A model generated the notes under the pieces. The model did no database searches, was not told the origin of the DNA, and worked only from the letters and a program-made list of their open reading frames with translations. This document shows, in pieces, positions 10,180 to 21,257 of a stretch of DNA of 64,000 nt (the first letter of the stretch is position 1; the number at the start of each line of letters is the position of its first letter). Source of the DNA: a virus. A program made the position numbers and the translations under genes. The stretch spans positions 1 to 64,000 of the IMG/VR virus record IMGVR_UViG_3300032235_001069; one strand, written 5' to 3'.

Positions 10180-11415
10180 ATGTCACATCTTATAGAAGAA
10201 TACGCAAAAGCGCTTGGTGTAAAAATCGGCAAGCCATACCTGTGCGAGCATTTTTACCCAATCCTTGATGAAAAATATATTACAATTCATACGGACAAAA
10301 GAATTGATTCGAAGAACTACGAATATTTCCCGCAGGTTTTAAATATTATAAAATCTACTTTAAATAAAAGGGGTTATAAGATATATCAAATAGGTGGAGC
10401 GGAAGATCCAAAATTGGATAATGTTGACGGCTGTTTTCTTAATTTAAACTTTAAGCAATCAGCATATTTAATCAAAAGATCTCAACTACATCTTGGGATT
10501 GATAGTTTGCCAGTTCATATAGCCAGCATGTATGACGTACCAATTGTTGTGCTATACTCGCATACCTACGCAGCAAATGCATATCCATATTGGTCATCAA
10601 AGGAAAATGTTATCGTAATTGAGTCTGAAAAGAATGGTAATAAACCCTCATTCTCTTATCAAGAAAGCCCAAAAACAATTCGAACAATTAAACCAGAAAC
10701 AATTGCTCAGTCAATTTTTGATCTATTAAAAGTAGAAGAAAAAATTAATTTTAATACTTTGAGAATAGGTAGTCACTACCATGTTCCATTTGTAGAAATC
10801 GTCCCAAACTTTAGAGCAAATTTAGAGGATCAAAAAAGCAAGACTCTTTATATTAGAGCGGATCTTCATAATGATGATCAAACAATCGCATTCTGGTGCG
10901 CAAATTATAAAACAAAAATCATCGCAGCAAATGAAATTCCAATTCCGTTAATCAAGCAGTTCGCGTCGAACATAGAGCATATTTATTTTAAAATTAAAGA
11001 CACTTCGATCAGTAATGATTATTTTGATCTAGTAAAAAAGTGCAAAATAAATTTTACAATTTGCGTAGATAATGATGAAAACATCGCTCAAATAAGAAAT
11101 CACTATTTTGATTTTAGAGTAGATTTAGATAACGTAAAAGAAAGAGTTGCAAAAATTACAAAACAAAATGGATATTTCTTGACTAATAAAATTTTAATTT
11201 CTCAAGGGATTCTATATCCGAGCGAAGCTCATTTAAATGCAAACAAAAAACTTGACATGCTTAATGAAGTGATGCATGATGATGATGCATTTTGGAAAGA
11301 TGCAGAACACTTCTATATTTATGACTTCATCATCAGAGAAACAATCGAAAGCGCAAGCTCAGAACCCCAAGAATGCTCAAGAAAACTTGAGGAAAGCGAA
11401 CGGACTCCTATCTAA
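10180..11415 (+). CDS. GT9 (heptosyltransferase)-like C-lobe glycosyltransferase
   Basis: IYQIGG...QSAYLIKRSQLHLGIDSLPVHIASMYDVPIVVLY. Confidence 0.7.
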   Translation: MSHLIEEYAKALGVKIGKPYLCEHFYPILDEKYITIHTDKRIDSKNYEYFPQVLNIIKSTLNKRGYKIYQIGGAEDPKLDNVDGCFLNLNFKQSAYLIKRSQLHLGIDSLPVHIASMYDVPIVVLYSHTYAANAYPYWSSKENVIVIESEKNGNKPSFSYQESPKTIRTIKPETIAQSIFDLLKVEEKINFNTLRIGSHYHVPFVEIVPNFRANLEDQKSKTLYIRADLHNDDQTIAFWCANYKTKIIAANEIPIPLIKQFASNIEHIYFKIKDTSISNDYFDLVKKCKINFTICVDNDENIAQIRNHYFDFRVDLDNVKERVAKITKQNGYFLTNKILISQGILYPSEAHLNANKKLDMLNEVMHDDDAFWKDAEHFYIYDFIIRETIESASSEPQECSRKLEESERTPI

Positions 11416-12109
11416 CGTAGAATACGTCTTTAACGAAGATGGCTCAATTAATTGGCGAGCTATGGTTAAAGCAGAACATCTTTACCCAAATAAAGATTGG
11501 TTCGAACTTCGAAAGTTAGAAATGCCTCCCACCATTGAAGGGTTGGCAGATAATCAATTACTTATTAAGCTTGGTGGATTGAAAGATCTCGCAAAAATGC
11601 GAGGATTTAATTCAGTCTCTTATGAGGTTATTAAATCCGAAAGAGATTATGTCGTTGTTAAATGTAAAATAAATTGGATAGGTAATTTTGAAACAAGTGG
11701 CATTTGTGTGGAGTTCGAAGATATGGCTAATGCCTCATTAGAAAATACTAATGACTTCTGCGCTAAATTTCTTGAAACTATTGCTACAAATCGTGCATTC
11801 GTTCGTTGCGTTCGCAATTTCTTAAACATTCACATTGTTGGTGATGATGAGATTGATAAGTCGAAAAGCAAAAGCAAAGTTTACGAAAATTCTGAACAAG
11901 TGCAAATCGATGGAGATATCTCTCCACAAAATCTACTTAGGAATCATGCTGTAAAAAAATTGAGCATTAGTAACTTTGAAGACTTCAAACAAAAACTGAG
12001 AGATATGTGGATGTCTGAATCTTATCAAAATCCAGAAGCAAAAAGCTGGAATTCATTTAAAGATATTCCAGCTAGAGAATGTCGCAAGTTAATTTCAATT
12101 ATTTCTTAA
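11321..12109 (+). CDS. putative ssDNA-annealing/recombination protein (Rad52/RecT-like fold)
   Basis: IKLGGLKDLA...VVVKCKI...IATNRAFVRCVRNFLNI...DEI pattern; start uncertain. Confidence 0.45.
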   Translation: MTSSSEKQSKAQAQNPKNAQENLRKANGLLSNVEYVFNEDGSINWRAMVKAEHLYPNKDWFELRKLEMPPTIEGLADNQLLIKLGGLKDLAKMRGFNSVSYEVIKSERDYVVVKCKINWIGNFETSGICVEFEDMANASLENTNDFCAKFLETIATNRAFVRCVRNFLNIHIVGDDEIDKSKSKSKVYENSEQVQIDGDISPQNLLRNHAVKKLSISNFEDFKQKLRDMWMSESYQNPEAKSWNSFKDIPARECRKLISIIS

Positions 12110-12110
12110 T

Positions 12111-12581
12111 ATGTCGGAATCTTTTATTAAAAAAATTATCTCTCCAGAAGAATTAGAGATAGTTGCAAAAGATATTTATTCGCTCCATGAGATAGATAAT
12201 GAAAAGTACGGCCATGCACTTGATTTAAAACATGATTATGAACTTATTTATAAATCTTTATCTCATGAATCATTATTGATTTGGAACATTCATGTTTGGG
12301 CACATTTCAATGGAGAAAAATACGATAGTATTTTCATTGGAATCATTAGAAAGTCGGAAAAATTTAATAAAAAAATAATGGATGAATATTTGTGGCTTGC
12401 TAAAAAATCAAACGTTGGAATGAAATTATATAAAATTGCACATGAATTTGCAAAAAGTCAAAAATGTGAATATATTTCAATGAATGTCACGGAAAGACAT
12501 CCCCTATCCAATAAAATAAAAAAAGTATATAAATTACTTGGATACGAAAAAGACTCCGAATCTTACATTAAAAAAATTTAG
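12111..12581 (+). CDS. GNAT-like acetyltransferase
   Basis: VGMKLYKIAHEFAK...C-x-x-I-x-M...VYKLLGY C-terminal GNAT pattern. Confidence 0.5.
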   Translation: MSESFIKKIISPEELEIVAKDIYSLHEIDNEKYGHALDLKHDYELIYKSLSHESLLIWNIHVWAHFNGEKYDSIFIGIIRKSEKFNKKIMDEYLWLAKKSNVGMKLYKIAHEFAKSQKCEYISMNVTERHPLSNKIKKVYKLLGYEKDSESYIKKI

Positions 12582-15500
12582 TATTCAAGAATCAAAATTG
12601 ATCTTGAAGCCATCGTAGAAATTCTATTTAAAAAATTATTATTGCCCTGCATTGATAAAACTCCATTGTATGTTTGCATGTCTTGAGTGGAAGAAGAAAT
12701 TGACACTTGATAAGTCCCAATTTCAAAATTTGCATTTTCTAAATCAAAATTAATTTCATATTCATTATTAATTTCGCTATAGTAATCAATTCCTATATTT
12801 GAAATTGTATGATTATTTGTTTGCTTTGATGGAGTTTGTATAAAAATTTGATAAACTAAATTAGTATTTGAATTAGTGGGCGTCCATTGAATATTTAAAT
12901 ATTTTTTATCATAATTATTATCTCTAATATATTTTAAAGATTTAAATATTGGAGCCTTTAATAAGGCGTCTTTTTCGGAAGAATTATTTTTCGAATTATA
13001 AGCCGAAATAAAATTAAAAGTACTATTTAAATCATCTATAGATGCATTTTCTTCTATCAACTTAAATTTGTCAGCATTGTATTCTGTTGCCAATAAATTA
13101 TATTCATTTATATAATTTTCAGTAATTGACATTATTTTAAAAATTGGCTGATTAATATTTTTAATTTTTAATGAAAATTGAGAACCTACAACTAAATTTT
13201 GAATTCCATTTTTTACGGATTCTTTAATTTTGTTAAAAGATCCACTTTCATAATCCCAGCCACTTTTTGAAATTTCTAATTCTGAATATCCAGAATCTGG
13301 ATAATTGTATCCAGTAATTATTTTAAAATTTTCAATTGATGGTCTATCATTCTCTATTATTTCAGAATAGCTGATTGATCCACTTGAATATCCCAAGGAG
13401 TCATTTACACAAATTTTAAAAGGTTCATCAGTATTTCCAGTAATTGAAAAACCAGAATAATCATAAAGAGGTTCATTTAGCAAATTTGTTCCAGTAAATT
13501 TCAAATATTTGCCGCTATCAAAAATTGAAAAGAAATATTGTTTTTTTTGATTTGTGTTTTTGCAAACTAAATCCGATACAGAATCAAATAAATATAAATC
13601 TTGCCCCATTTCATCTGGATTTCCTGTTATCAATTTCCAATGTCCATATTTTGCAGAATAATTATTATTTATATCATAATTTCTGACATATTTTAAAGAA
13701 CTTTGATAAGTGATTGTACTAGATAAAGGTTCGGAATAATCAAAGGAAATTAATCCAGTGTAATAGTAAGCTTGATTTATTAAATCTCTATCTTCTGTTT
13801 TTGTAAAAATAAATTCTTTATTTACGAATTTTTCATCAATTCTTTTTGTAATAATATTGTTTGTTGCTATTTTTATTTGATATGGATAAGATTCTGTTGA
13901 GGATGAAATATCTTCATATTTTGGCTTTGAAGTAGCGGTATATAGCGTTATTTCTGAAACGTCTAAAAATGTTTCGCAAATAGCGGGAGAAACTATAATT
14001 TTAAATTTATCATCATTTAAATTTTCTATTTTCTCTACTCTACCAAAATTTCTATATGAATTAAACAGTTCATCATTAATTCCTATTAAATCTCCAAGCT
14101 TGTAAAGCAATGCTTTCATGTCCGTAGTAAAAGAAACGTTCATATTTTCTTTTGACGTTTGAAATAGGAAATGCAAGCCTAATCTTCTCGCTTGTCCTTT
14201 TGACGTTACTCCAAAGGCATTTATTTGTTTTTTAAGAATACCTCTTTTTCTTATGCCATCTGAATCTTCTACATATTCAATTTTTGGTTTATAATTATCC
14301 TTTTCATCAATATATGCAACTTCAACCGCTGTATATTCATCATCTTTTTTATGATTTGTATAATTAAAAATACCATCCTTAACATCTGAATTATTAAATT
14401 CTCCAATAATTGGTTTAAGTCTGTCATCATCAAACGTAATCATTGAATTCATGTAATAAACATGACCCCTAAAAATTGAAGCAATTTGATTAATCATGTC
14501 AAAGACATTAAATTTTTCAGTTATAATACCATTAAATGCGTGTCTTGGCTCAGTACCACCATAACTATCTGGAACTCCGTAGTAATATCCATTATCATCA
14601 ACGCCATCACACCATCTAGCTATTTTATAAAGTTCCCATATGTCTATTTGGTCTGAAGATATATAGTTTCCTAATCCATATCTTTTATTTACAAGCATGT
14701 CCATCAAAATCCAAGCTGGATTATTTGTCCACATTAATTTAAATGTACCATCCCAATCTCCATCGTATATTTTATATTTACCAGTTCCGTCCATGTATCT
14801 GACATCTTCCCCATCTTCATCATTTGGAAAATAATTAGAAGGAACCAAAATCTTTTTAAGCTTGCAATCAAAAGTTCTAGTTGGTATTTGGGAAAATGCC
14901 CTAGAATCAATTTTCATTCCAACCATTGAAGAGAAGGGGTATGAAAATTTCTGAGGAATAATTTCAGTAATTTTAGCTAAAGCAACTCTTTTTGAAATCA
15001 ATGGAGATAGCGTTTCGTAAGAAAGTTTTGTAACTTTTACATATCTTCTGAATGGCGTACCATCTTCATAATATTTTGGAGCTGGAAGTTTAATTGCTAA
15101 TCCAGCATCATTTGCAAAAGTATTATTAGAATCACTATCTATATTTGAAAATGGAACATTTTCATAATATAAAAAAGTTACGTCTCCATTTGCGGCTTTA
15201 TAAGTTTTTTCATAAATTGAAGTCGCTATGTAATTTTTAATTTTTAAATCTCTTTTTATTATTCCACATGATGATAAAACGTATTCAAAACATCTCAAAA
15301 TTGTCTCTTGTTGAATAGAACTTGGTAAATCAAAAGTAATAATTCTATTATTATTTAGAAATCCATCTTGAAAAAATTCTACGTGATGGTAGGCTGTTGG
15401 TCGTAAATCTTTTAATTCTTTTAAAAATCCAACTGTCCCACCTTCGTTGCCAAAATACGAATATTGTATTTCATATCCTTTGCCAACGCTAGAAAATCTT

Positions 15501-18500
15501 CTACCACAAAAACGCTGAGTATAACTATCTTGAATAGCGTTACATAGTGTTATTTGTTTTGATCCTGCATAATTACCCCAAAAATAAAAATCTGCAAGCC
15601 CTAATAAATAGTTTATCTGTCTGCCATTATAAAGACTAGAACTACTTTTCCCAACTTGCACAGTGTAATCAAGAGGAATATTCGTACATGTACTAAAAGA
15701 ATTTGATCCATCTCTAGTACCATAAAGAACATTACTTTCATAAGAAGTAAAAGTAATATTACTTATATTGCAAATATAATTTGCGACATCAATTGAATTA
15801 GAAGTATTAAAATTAATTTTTCCATTAAAATTCTGATCAAAAATAAAAGAAATTTTATTTGAAGAATTATTTAAAATAACCCAAAAACTTCCATTAAAAA
15901 ACAAAGGATCAATTTTTTGTGGTAAACCAGCAGCTCTTTCTTGGAGATTTACAGATGGAACAGTAATTACTTCACTAGCAGTTATATGCTTGACTGCGCC
16001 TATACTTTGCGATTTAAAATTAGATGCATTAAGCACTTTTGAAAAAAGTTCATAAAACACATCTGATCTTTTATGTTCAAATACCCAATTTGTATTTTTA
16101 AAATAATTTTTAACATATTCAAAATTCAAAGAATCTATGATTGTTGTACCACTAGCGATTCTTGTTAAAAAATTTAAGTTATTAATTATTTTTGAATTAA
16201 TCTTATCCAAAATTAATTCTTCTTGTAAATAAGCGTTAATATGATTTGATAAATTAATTTTAAAACTAGAATCCAAGGTGGTTTTATAAGAATTAAAAAC
16301 TCTATCTTTTACGGAAAATTCATTTATATTTGCAATTGGATCAAAAAGCGCCTTACTTATTCTAATTATAAAATTTCCATTTTTCCAATTTGCATAAGTT
16401 TCAGGTAAAACTTCAGATCTTGATGGATTAGTTTCCAATGCTGGGAAATTAATAATCACATCATTGGGGAAATTTTTTTCTAAAGTTTTGTAAAGAGATT
16501 GATAATTGTCGCCTCTATAACCAACGAATTCTTCAAAATAAAAAGACATGTAATAATTAGATGCCGTGTAATTTCTAATTTGCTGATCAGTTGGGATATC
16601 CACAACTTGAAAAGCTGTATAGTTATAATTATATAATTCAATTTTAATGCACTTATTAATATTTGAGCAATCGTATATTGCAAAAGTATCAAAATTCTTT
16701 TCGCTAGAAGTAAATTCTGCATAGGAATTGGTATAATTTTCAACAGTTAAAATATTATTTGGTAGAATTTGTTTATTAATGCTATTTCTCTTTCTCAAAA
16801 GACTTTGGCTTTGTCCGAGATCTATTTCCTCATATGCATTATTAAAATAATTGCTTACAATTGGTCCTGAAGAAATGATAAATCGACCTGTCAAATCACC
16901 ACCAGCAATTAATTTATTTTGCGCAGTTGCAAGAATCGTGCAGACACTATTATTTGAAACCACTCCATACTGAGCTGCAAAATCAGAATCTTGTTTCCAA
17001 CAAAATGCATCAAGAGATTTTGCAAAAGTGCCAGAAATCCCACCAGCATAATAAACTCCATTATGATAAGATAATGTGCAAATTCCAGTAATTCCAAAGC
17101 TGCTATTGCGCTCCGTCCAAGTTTGAGCATTTGGAGATGTAGCTAACGTTCCACTTGCTCCAGCAGCCACAAATAGCGAATTGCCAAATATGACACAATT
17201 AATACCAGTAGTTCCGAAACTGCTGATTCTTTCAGTCCAAGTATTTCCATCGGTTGAAGTTGCAAGTTTCCCACTTTGACCAGCAATAACGTAGCAATTG
17301 TTTCCAAAAGCGACTGTGGAAATTCCAGTTGCACCCCAGTTTATATTTCTCGTGGTCCAATTACATGCATCTGCAGATGTTGCTAATTTACCGCTTGCTC
17401 CAACAATTACGTAACAACTATTACCATAAGTTAATCCAGAAATTCCAGTAGTTAAAAAACTACTTGTTCTTTGCGTCCAATCAATTGCATTTGGAGAAGT
17501 AGCAAGTTTACCAGAATTACCAGCGGCAACATATAAATTATTTCCATAAATTACTTTCTGTATTCCAGTACTTCCGAAACTACTTGTTCTTTGGGTCCAA
17601 CTTTCTCCATCGCTTGATGTCGCTAAAAATCCACCAGTACTAACTGCTATATAACATTGATTTCCACAAGTTAAACTTTTAATTCCAGTTTGATTAAAAT
17701 TATTTATTGAAACTTTATGAAATAAAGTTCCACCTTCGTCTAAATCTCCAATTCTGTAATCGTTTAAATCAGAATTAAAACCAAAAATTAAATCATCATA
17801 TTTTTGTATTGCCTCAGAACCGTAAATTGAATTTGAGATATTAATTTCTTGTTTTAAACCTATTACTTTATCATTTTGTATTATTTCGCAAATTCCTTTT
17901 TCTTCATCTTTTTGTCCAAATTTCAATCCTAAATCAACAAAATCAATTTCTTTATTATCAGTCAAAAAGAATCTTAATTTTTGATTAATTCCATCGACTG
18001 AAGACGTAACTTTTAAAAGGTATATTTTTTTATCTGGATAATAAAGATTTGTCGTTTTAACTAGATAACCACCAGAATCAAAACTTCCTTTTGTTCCATA
18101 AACAAAATCATAAGTTTTTCTACCCAAGTCTATATACGACTGCTGCGTAGAAACGCCAAATATTTCAAAAAAATATTTAAAATATTCATTTGGACCTATG
18201 CAAAAAACTCTCTGTTTGGATTCATACCCAGTTTCAACTTGCACTTTTACAACTGCTGGCAATCTTGTTCCTGCTGTTATGTTTTGTAATTTATCACCAA
18301 AGCCTGGATTTAGTTGAGTCGTAGTAGCAGAATTAGCAGTACCCTTATAATAACTTATTTTCTCTAAATCTGGATTATTTATTGATGTTGATACATTTGA
18401 ATATAATTGATAAAATATAATAACATCCGATCCTTGGTTAACTTTTGTATATGCGCCATCTATTATAAAAATATTTTTTGGGTCATAAAAATTGTAATTA

Positions 18501-21256
18501 AAAGTCTTGTTATCAGAATTAATTAAAAAAGTATGAATTCTATTATTTTTAACATTATTTAAATCTGCATTATCTAAATAAACTCTTATAGTATTAGCGT
18601 CAAAAACACTCACTTTTTCAAATAAATATACAGAAGAAAAACCAATTAATTTTCCACCCTCGAATTTTTTTAAACTTTCCTGCAATCCAGAAGTAAAAGA
18701 AACATCTGTAATTATAGATCCACCTTCAACTGATGCGGAATATGTTAGCCCAGAAGGAGATTTTAATAAATATTCTTCTAAAAGTTGATCTAAAACACTT
18801 AATTTTAATTTTCCAGCTGACTGAAAATATGAAAGCTGACTATCTAAATAATGTTTATTAAAACCAATTAGATATAAATTTTTAATGACATCTTTAGCCC
18901 CGTCTTTTATAGTATAAGTTAAATTACTTTTTGAACTCCAATATCTCAAAAATGGATCAACAATATATCTCTGGACATTTGGGTATAGAATATCTAAATT
19001 ATCAATTGTGTTTGGTGTATCTTTTGCAACCGAATTTGCAACAGAATCCCAATATTTAAAAATTAACTTGTAATCAATATAGTTATTTAATATCAAAGCT
19101 ACAGAAGCTCTTTTCTTAAGTTCACTTTCTGGCGCTGTATAATATTTGTATTCTGCTACTATTACGTTTTTTGGATTTGCTAGAGATGGTATATTAGTAG
19201 TAATTAAAGTTAAAAAAGAAGTTCCATTTATGCATAAAGTTTCTCTATCAGTTAAACCATATGAATATGCAATAGTTCCATCTATATTTCTTGATTTTAG
19301 TTTTGATTCAAACGCGCTTGGATTTCCGATATATCCATTTATGCATATCGATTCTTTTGTGTAGCAACTATTGTTCGGAACGGTCCAACACCTTAGTGGA
19401 CTGGCTGTAGATAAGTCGTATTTTGTATTTGATAAGCCGTCATCACTAGCGGTAATATAATTATCAATATTATTTATTTTAGTGCATAAACCTATTGAAC
19501 TTTTAATTGCTGAAAAATAATCGCAAGTTGTGGAAGTAATATTTTTTATATTACAAAATATGCAACTTAAACATTCATTTTCGTCAATTATGTATCCATC
19601 GCTGATTGAGGTTCCAGCAATTAAAAAGTATCCTGTTTTAATTGAATTGACTACATAATCTGTTTTTTGAATTTGTGCCCAAGTTTTTGTACCTGGAGGT
19701 ACTGGGAGCGTTTGATTAGCTTTATTTACATCAGTGCGAAATCCAGGCTGGACACAATCCACATGTGCCGTATCATATAGGGCATCTAATGACAATGTTA
19801 CATAAACTTCTTCTACGTTTTCATTTGCTATGTAATGAGTTATAGGTACTGCTTCTTGACAAATTCTAGATGCCGAAGTTTTATCATATAAAGAATAATT
19901 TGTGTAAAGATTGCATATTAAATATGGAGCACCATCATTTGCATATTCAACAGGCCAAGCTCTTACGTATCTAATATCATCAGAACTTTCTGGCACTGTT
20001 GAATATGTTGGCTTTGAATTAGCGTCCGCACAAAAAGACGCTAATCTGGTAACTCCCATATATGTTGCTGGGTCAGTTCCAGCTGCAGCCGTTTTTTTGC
20101 ACGCAACAAGTTTAAATGGCCCAATTAATTCTTTTCCAATATTATTTTCAATTTCAATTCTATTAAATGCTTTTAATGGGGTTTGGATTTCAGATCCATT
20201 TTTAAATTCCGCTTGAACTAAATTATAATTATATAATGAAACATCATTTTGATAAACGATTAAATTGTTAAAATATTTATCTAAAATATTATCAATATTT
20301 TTAATTCCATCAGTTTCGCTATAAATAGACCAAATAAATAATCTCAAATTAAAAACATCATATTGGTAATAATTACTTGAATCAATTAAAGTCTTCAAAA
20401 AGGTTTTTTGTCCAGCAGGCGTCAATGAGCCGTTTTCCGCATAAGACCTTGGCATTTCAAAATAATTGAAAGAATTCAAAGAATCAGATCCAATTGAAAA
20501 ATAAATATAATTTCCCAAATTTGGTATTGATATTTTTAATGGATATTTTCCATCAACACCGCCTTCGGTTGGATCGAACGTTTTATTTATAAAAATTTTA
20601 AATTTTGGAATTTCTATTGATGTGAGAAATATATTTTCATTTTCAATTGGGGATAAATTAAAAGTTTTATCCAATAAAGCCTGCACATCAAAAGATCCTC
20701 CCAATAATTTAATAAAATTATATGCAGAATTTTTAGGACTATATGAAGTTATTTTTATTCCAGAATCAAAATTTGCATTATCTATGTCAATAGAAGTAGA
20801 TCCAATTTTTAATATTCTGCTAAAAGAATCAACCGAACCATCTACATTTAATATCGAAGTATCGGGCAGATTCACAACGCCATCGCTAAAACAATTTTTA
20901 TTATCACTCCAAAAATCCTTTAACGCTCTTTTTAAAAAATCTATTGATATTTTTTGAGTTTTTATCGAAGATGTTTCCTTAATAGGTGCATCATTTAAAT
21001 ATATGCCCTCAAATATGTTTTCTTCATATACTTTTTTTCCGTTTTTATTAACTAGTCCTTCAATTGGACCATCTGAAATTAAATCTATTAATTCGGCATA
21101 AGAAAATGAAGATACTGTTGCAACTCCGCCCATCTGCGGCGGAGCTAAAACTGAAGGATATTGAGTGACGGTTGGTGGCGGCGAAGGTGGTGGGGATTTT
21201 GGACCACCACCAGCTCCCAAAATAGTAAATTTATTTTTTTTGATTAAATGCTTCAT
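12578..21256 (-). CDS. tail tip / host-specificity protein, lambda gpJ-like, with large insertions
   Basis: 2892 aa; IDLISDGPIEGLV, YPFSSMVGMKIDSRAF, YDGDWDGTFKLMWTNNPAWILMD, GVTSKGQARR. Confidence 0.9.
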   Translation of the reverse strand: MKHLIKKNKFTILGAGGGPKSPPPSPPPTVTQYPSVLAPPQMGGVATVSSFSYAELIDLISDGPIEGLVNKNGKKVYEENIFEGIYLNDAPIKETSSIKTQKISIDFLKRALKDFWSDNKNCFSDGVVNLPDTSILNVDGSVDSFSRILKIGSTSIDIDNANFDSGIKITSYSPKNSAYNFIKLLGGSFDVQALLDKTFNLSPIENENIFLTSIEIPKFKIFINKTFDPTEGGVDGKYPLKISIPNLGNYIYFSIGSDSLNSFNYFEMPRSYAENGSLTPAGQKTFLKTLIDSSNYYQYDVFNLRLFIWSIYSETDGIKNIDNILDKYFNNLIVYQNDVSLYNYNLVQAEFKNGSEIQTPLKAFNRIEIENNIGKELIGPFKLVACKKTAAAGTDPATYMGVTRLASFCADANSKPTYSTVPESSDDIRYVRAWPVEYANDGAPYLICNLYTNYSLYDKTSASRICQEAVPITHYIANENVEEVYVTLSLDALYDTAHVDCVQPGFRTDVNKANQTLPVPPGTKTWAQIQKTDYVVNSIKTGYFLIAGTSISDGYIIDENECLSCIFCNIKNITSTTCDYFSAIKSSIGLCTKINNIDNYITASDDGLSNTKYDLSTASPLRCWTVPNNSCYTKESICINGYIGNPSAFESKLKSRNIDGTIAYSYGLTDRETLCINGTSFLTLITTNIPSLANPKNVIVAEYKYYTAPESELKKRASVALILNNYIDYKLIFKYWDSVANSVAKDTPNTIDNLDILYPNVQRYIVDPFLRYWSSKSNLTYTIKDGAKDVIKNLYLIGFNKHYLDSQLSYFQSAGKLKLSVLDQLLEEYLLKSPSGLTYSASVEGGSIITDVSFTSGLQESLKKFEGGKLIGFSSVYLFEKVSVFDANTIRVYLDNADLNNVKNNRIHTFLINSDNKTFNYNFYDPKNIFIIDGAYTKVNQGSDVIIFYQLYSNVSTSINNPDLEKISYYKGTANSATTTQLNPGFGDKLQNITAGTRLPAVVKVQVETGYESKQRVFCIGPNEYFKYFFEIFGVSTQQSYIDLGRKTYDFVYGTKGSFDSGGYLVKTTNLYYPDKKIYLLKVTSSVDGINQKLRFFLTDNKEIDFVDLGLKFGQKDEEKGICEIIQNDKVIGLKQEINISNSIYGSEAIQKYDDLIFGFNSDLNDYRIGDLDEGGTLFHKVSINNFNQTGIKSLTCGNQCYIAVSTGGFLATSSDGESWTQRTSSFGSTGIQKVIYGNNLYVAAGNSGKLATSPNAIDWTQRTSSFLTTGISGLTYGNSCYVIVGASGKLATSADACNWTTRNINWGATGISTVAFGNNCYVIAGQSGKLATSTDGNTWTERISSFGTTGINCVIFGNSLFVAAGASGTLATSPNAQTWTERNSSFGITGICTLSYHNGVYYAGGISGTFAKSLDAFCWKQDSDFAAQYGVVSNNSVCTILATAQNKLIAGGDLTGRFIISSGPIVSNYFNNAYEEIDLGQSQSLLRKRNSINKQILPNNILTVENYTNSYAEFTSSEKNFDTFAIYDCSNINKCIKIELYNYNYTAFQVVDIPTDQQIRNYTASNYYMSFYFEEFVGYRGDNYQSLYKTLEKNFPNDVIINFPALETNPSRSEVLPETYANWKNGNFIIRISKALFDPIANINEFSVKDRVFNSYKTTLDSSFKINLSNHINAYLQEELILDKINSKIINNLNFLTRIASGTTIIDSLNFEYVKNYFKNTNWVFEHKRSDVFYELFSKVLNASNFKSQSIGAVKHITASEVITVPSVNLQERAAGLPQKIDPLFFNGSFWVILNNSSNKISFIFDQNFNGKINFNTSNSIDVANYICNISNITFTSYESNVLYGTRDGSNSFSTCTNIPLDYTVQVGKSSSSLYNGRQINYLLGLADFYFWGNYAGSKQITLCNAIQDSYTQRFCGRRFSSVGKGYEIQYSYFGNEGGTVGFLKELKDLRPTAYHHVEFFQDGFLNNNRIITFDLPSSIQQETILRCFEYVLSSCGIIKRDLKIKNYIATSIYEKTYKAANGDVTFLYYENVPFSNIDSDSNNTFANDAGLAIKLPAPKYYEDGTPFRRYVKVTKLSYETLSPLISKRVALAKITEIIPQKFSYPFSSMVGMKIDSRAFSQIPTRTFDCKLKKILVPSNYFPNDEDGEDVRYMDGTGKYKIYDGDWDGTFKLMWTNNPAWILMDMLVNKRYGLGNYISSDQIDIWELYKIARWCDGVDDNGYYYGVPDSYGGTEPRHAFNGIITEKFNVFDMINQIASIFRGHVYYMNSMITFDDDRLKPIIGEFNNSDVKDGIFNYTNHKKDDEYTAVEVAYIDEKDNYKPKIEYVEDSDGIRKRGILKKQINAFGVTSKGQARRLGLHFLFQTSKENMNVSFTTDMKALLYKLGDLIGINDELFNSYRNFGRVEKIENLNDDKFKIIVSPAICETFLDVSEITLYTATSKPKYEDISSSTESYPYQIKIATNNIITKRIDEKFVNKEFIFTKTEDRDLINQAYYYTGLISFDYSEPLSSTITYQSSLKYVRNYDINNNYSAKYGHWKLITGNPDEMGQDLYLFDSVSDLVCKNTNQKKQYFFSIFDSGKYLKFTGTNLLNEPLYDYSGFSITGNTDEPFKICVNDSLGYSSGSISYSEIIENDRPSIENFKIITGYNYPDSGYSELEISKSGWDYESGSFNKIKESVKNGIQNLVVGSQFSLKIKNINQPIFKIMSITENYINEYNLLATEYNADKFKLIEENASIDDLNSTFNFISAYNSKNNSSEKDALLKAPIFKSLKYIRDNNYDKKYLNIQWTPTNSNTNLVYQIFIQTPSKQTNNHTISNIGIDYYSEINNEYEINFDLENANFEIGTYQVSISSSTQDMQTYNGVLSMQGNNNFLNRISTMASRSILILEY
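16960..17690 (-). repeat. six 120-nt (40-aa) beta-propeller-type repeats inside J
   Basis: Trp codons spaced exactly 120 nt; unit WTQRTSSFGxTGIxxxxYGNxxYVxxGxSGKLATSxD. Confidence 0.85.
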
Positions 21257-21257
21257 T

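Noticed and set aside
16960-17690. DGR template/variable repeats in the tail-tip gene
   Set aside because: Ordinary in-frame 40-aa protein repeats without adenine-specific differences; no reverse transcriptase in the window
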